Assembly: GCA_016840035.1 (NCBI GenBank) | Contig: JAEOTC010000020.1 | Location: 1-26,329, forward strand | Length of the DNA stretch: 26,329 nucleotides | From: Candidatus Hodarchaeota archaeon | GTDB lineage: Archaea; Asgardarchaeota; Heimdallarchaeia; Hodarchaeales; Hodarchaeaceae | Reading direction: 5' to 3' | Shown: positions 25,363 through 26,329 of the stretch, one piece after another | How positions within the stretch are numbered: position 1 is the first letter of the stretch | How the letters are laid out: every line of letters begins with the position of its first letter | Notes under the pieces: generated by a model | Databases searched by the model: none | Told to the model about the DNA's origin: nothing | The model's input: the letters and a program-made list of their open reading frames with translations, nothing else | Made by a program: the position numbers and the translations under genes

Positions 25363-26109
25363 ATGCAAAATACTTCCCCCCTTCAAATTCAACTACTAGC
25401 TAGCGCCATTGACAATGCTGGAATGAATATTTTAAAATATATTAATAATCCTCTGAAGGATGAGACTATAGTCATTCAAGGGGAGTCAATATTCGCAGAT
25501 AAAGAACTTGCATCACATGTAACCAGTGAAAGCAGTAGCATTATCTTCTTATCCCGCCATCGGGCTAAAAGCGGACGACCTAGCTTAACTCTTCATCCAA
25601 TTGGGAATTTCTCCAAGGCTGAATTTGGCGGAAAAGACAATACTCTGATCAAATGCAATTCTTATATTCAAAAACGTTTATTCTTGAACATAATCCAGCT
25701 TCACTCCTCTGGGGAGTATGATCTAGAGTATGAGTACGAAACAAGCGTTGAAGTGACTCATCATGGTCCTTATACACCCAATCCTCTTACTTATATTGAA
25801 GTTGGCTCTTCAGAAGATCAATGGAATGATTTAGAGGCGTGTAGGTTAATTGCTGATGCAATAAATTTAACCGATTTTCAATCACTAAAAGAGAGCGATT
25901 CTTGGATTTCAAGTATTGGATTTGGTGGAAATCATTATCCTCAAAAATTTACAAAACAAATGAGTGAAACAGATTATGCCCTCGGGCATATGTGTGCAAA
26001 GTATGCCATTCCTTTTTTAACCCAAGATTCCCTTGTTTTTAATGACAAAAAATCAGTCATATTAACCACATCTGCAATTAATCTACACGCTTCTAGATCA
26101 TTCCATTGA
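25363..26109 (+). CDS. dtdA: Archaeal D-aminoacyl-tRNA deacylase (DTD2/DtdA), C-terminally truncated/chimeric after about 26030
   Basis: SRH..SGRPSLTLHPIGN, EVTHHGP, EVGS, GFGGNHY and GHMCAKY. The last ~26 codons are the antisense of the second copy. Confidence 0.9.
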   Translation: MQNTSPLQIQLLASAIDNAGMNILKYINNPLKDETIVIQGESIFADKELASHVTSESSSIIFLSRHRAKSGRPSLTLHPIGNFSKAEFGGKDNTLIKCNSYIQKRLFLNIIQLHSSGEYDLEYEYETSVEVTHHGPYTPNPLTYIEVGSSEDQWNDLEACRLIADAINLTDFQSLKESDSWISSIGFGGNHYPQKFTKQMSETDYALGHMCAKYAIPFLTQDSLVFNDKKSVILTTSAINLHASRSFH

Positions 26110-26329
26110 TCTTCTGAGGATCCAACTTCAATATAGGTAAGAGGATTGGGTGTATAAGGACCATGATGAGTTACTTCAACACTTGTTTCGTATTCATACA
26201 TGAGATCATATTCCCCAGAAGAATGGAGCTTGAGGATATTCAAGAACAATTGCTTCTGAATGAAGGAATTACATTTGATAAGGGTATTATCTTTTCCACC
26301 AAACTCGGCCTTGGAAAAGTTACCAATTG
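25598..26329. repeat. Diverged 311-bp inverted repeat (25598-25908 vs 26019-26329), 110-bp spacer
   Basis: Manual alignment gives 56 mismatches in 311 nt (about 82% identity) and no indels. Confidence 0.9.
26019..26329 (-). pseudogene. dtdA: Inverted partial second dtdA copy (runs off the window end)
   Basis: The reverse complement encodes IGNFSKAEFGGKDNTLIKC...EVTHHGP...ACRLIAD...ESWV, collinear without gaps with 25598-25908. Confidence 0.88.

Noticed and set aside
1-26329. CRISPR arrays, rRNA/tRNA genes, prophage or defence islands
   Set aside because: No regularly spaced repeats, structural RNA signatures, or viral/defence hallmark proteins were seen.

Overview
AT-rich archaeal chromosomal segment, most likely from an Asgard archaeon of the Heimdallarchaeia. 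This is an inference from a Rab-like GTPase, archaeal dtdA, PGF-type C-terminal anchors, BRE/TATA promoters and a respiratory complex II. The left half looks like a glutamate-centred module. A class I aminotransferase is divergent from a long radical-SAM aminomutase that carries the Lys/Asn signature of glutamate 2,3-aminomutase (beta-glutamate synthesis), followed by ridA. Convergent on these is a Liv-type ABC importer plus MFS operon whose binding protein resembles the Venus-flytrap domain of eukaryotic class C GPCRs (mGluR/GABA-B) and which has a riboswitch-like structured 5' leader. The middle holds an Asp-box surface protein, the Rab-like GTPase, an sdhD-C-A-B operon of di-heme type, an alpha/beta hydrolase, a divergent YhhN-like protein, hypotheticals and a nitrilase. 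The right end holds a degraded IS200/IS605 tnpB remnant with intact 3' hairpins, a nucleoside phosphorylase, a membrane M28 peptidase, and dtdA. dtdA is cut at about 26030 and joined tail-to-tail to an inverted second dtdA fragment of about 82% identity, probably a chimera or misassembly at the sequence end. No tRNA, rRNA or CRISPR array was seen. All family assignments come from motifs read by eye; no database search was run.
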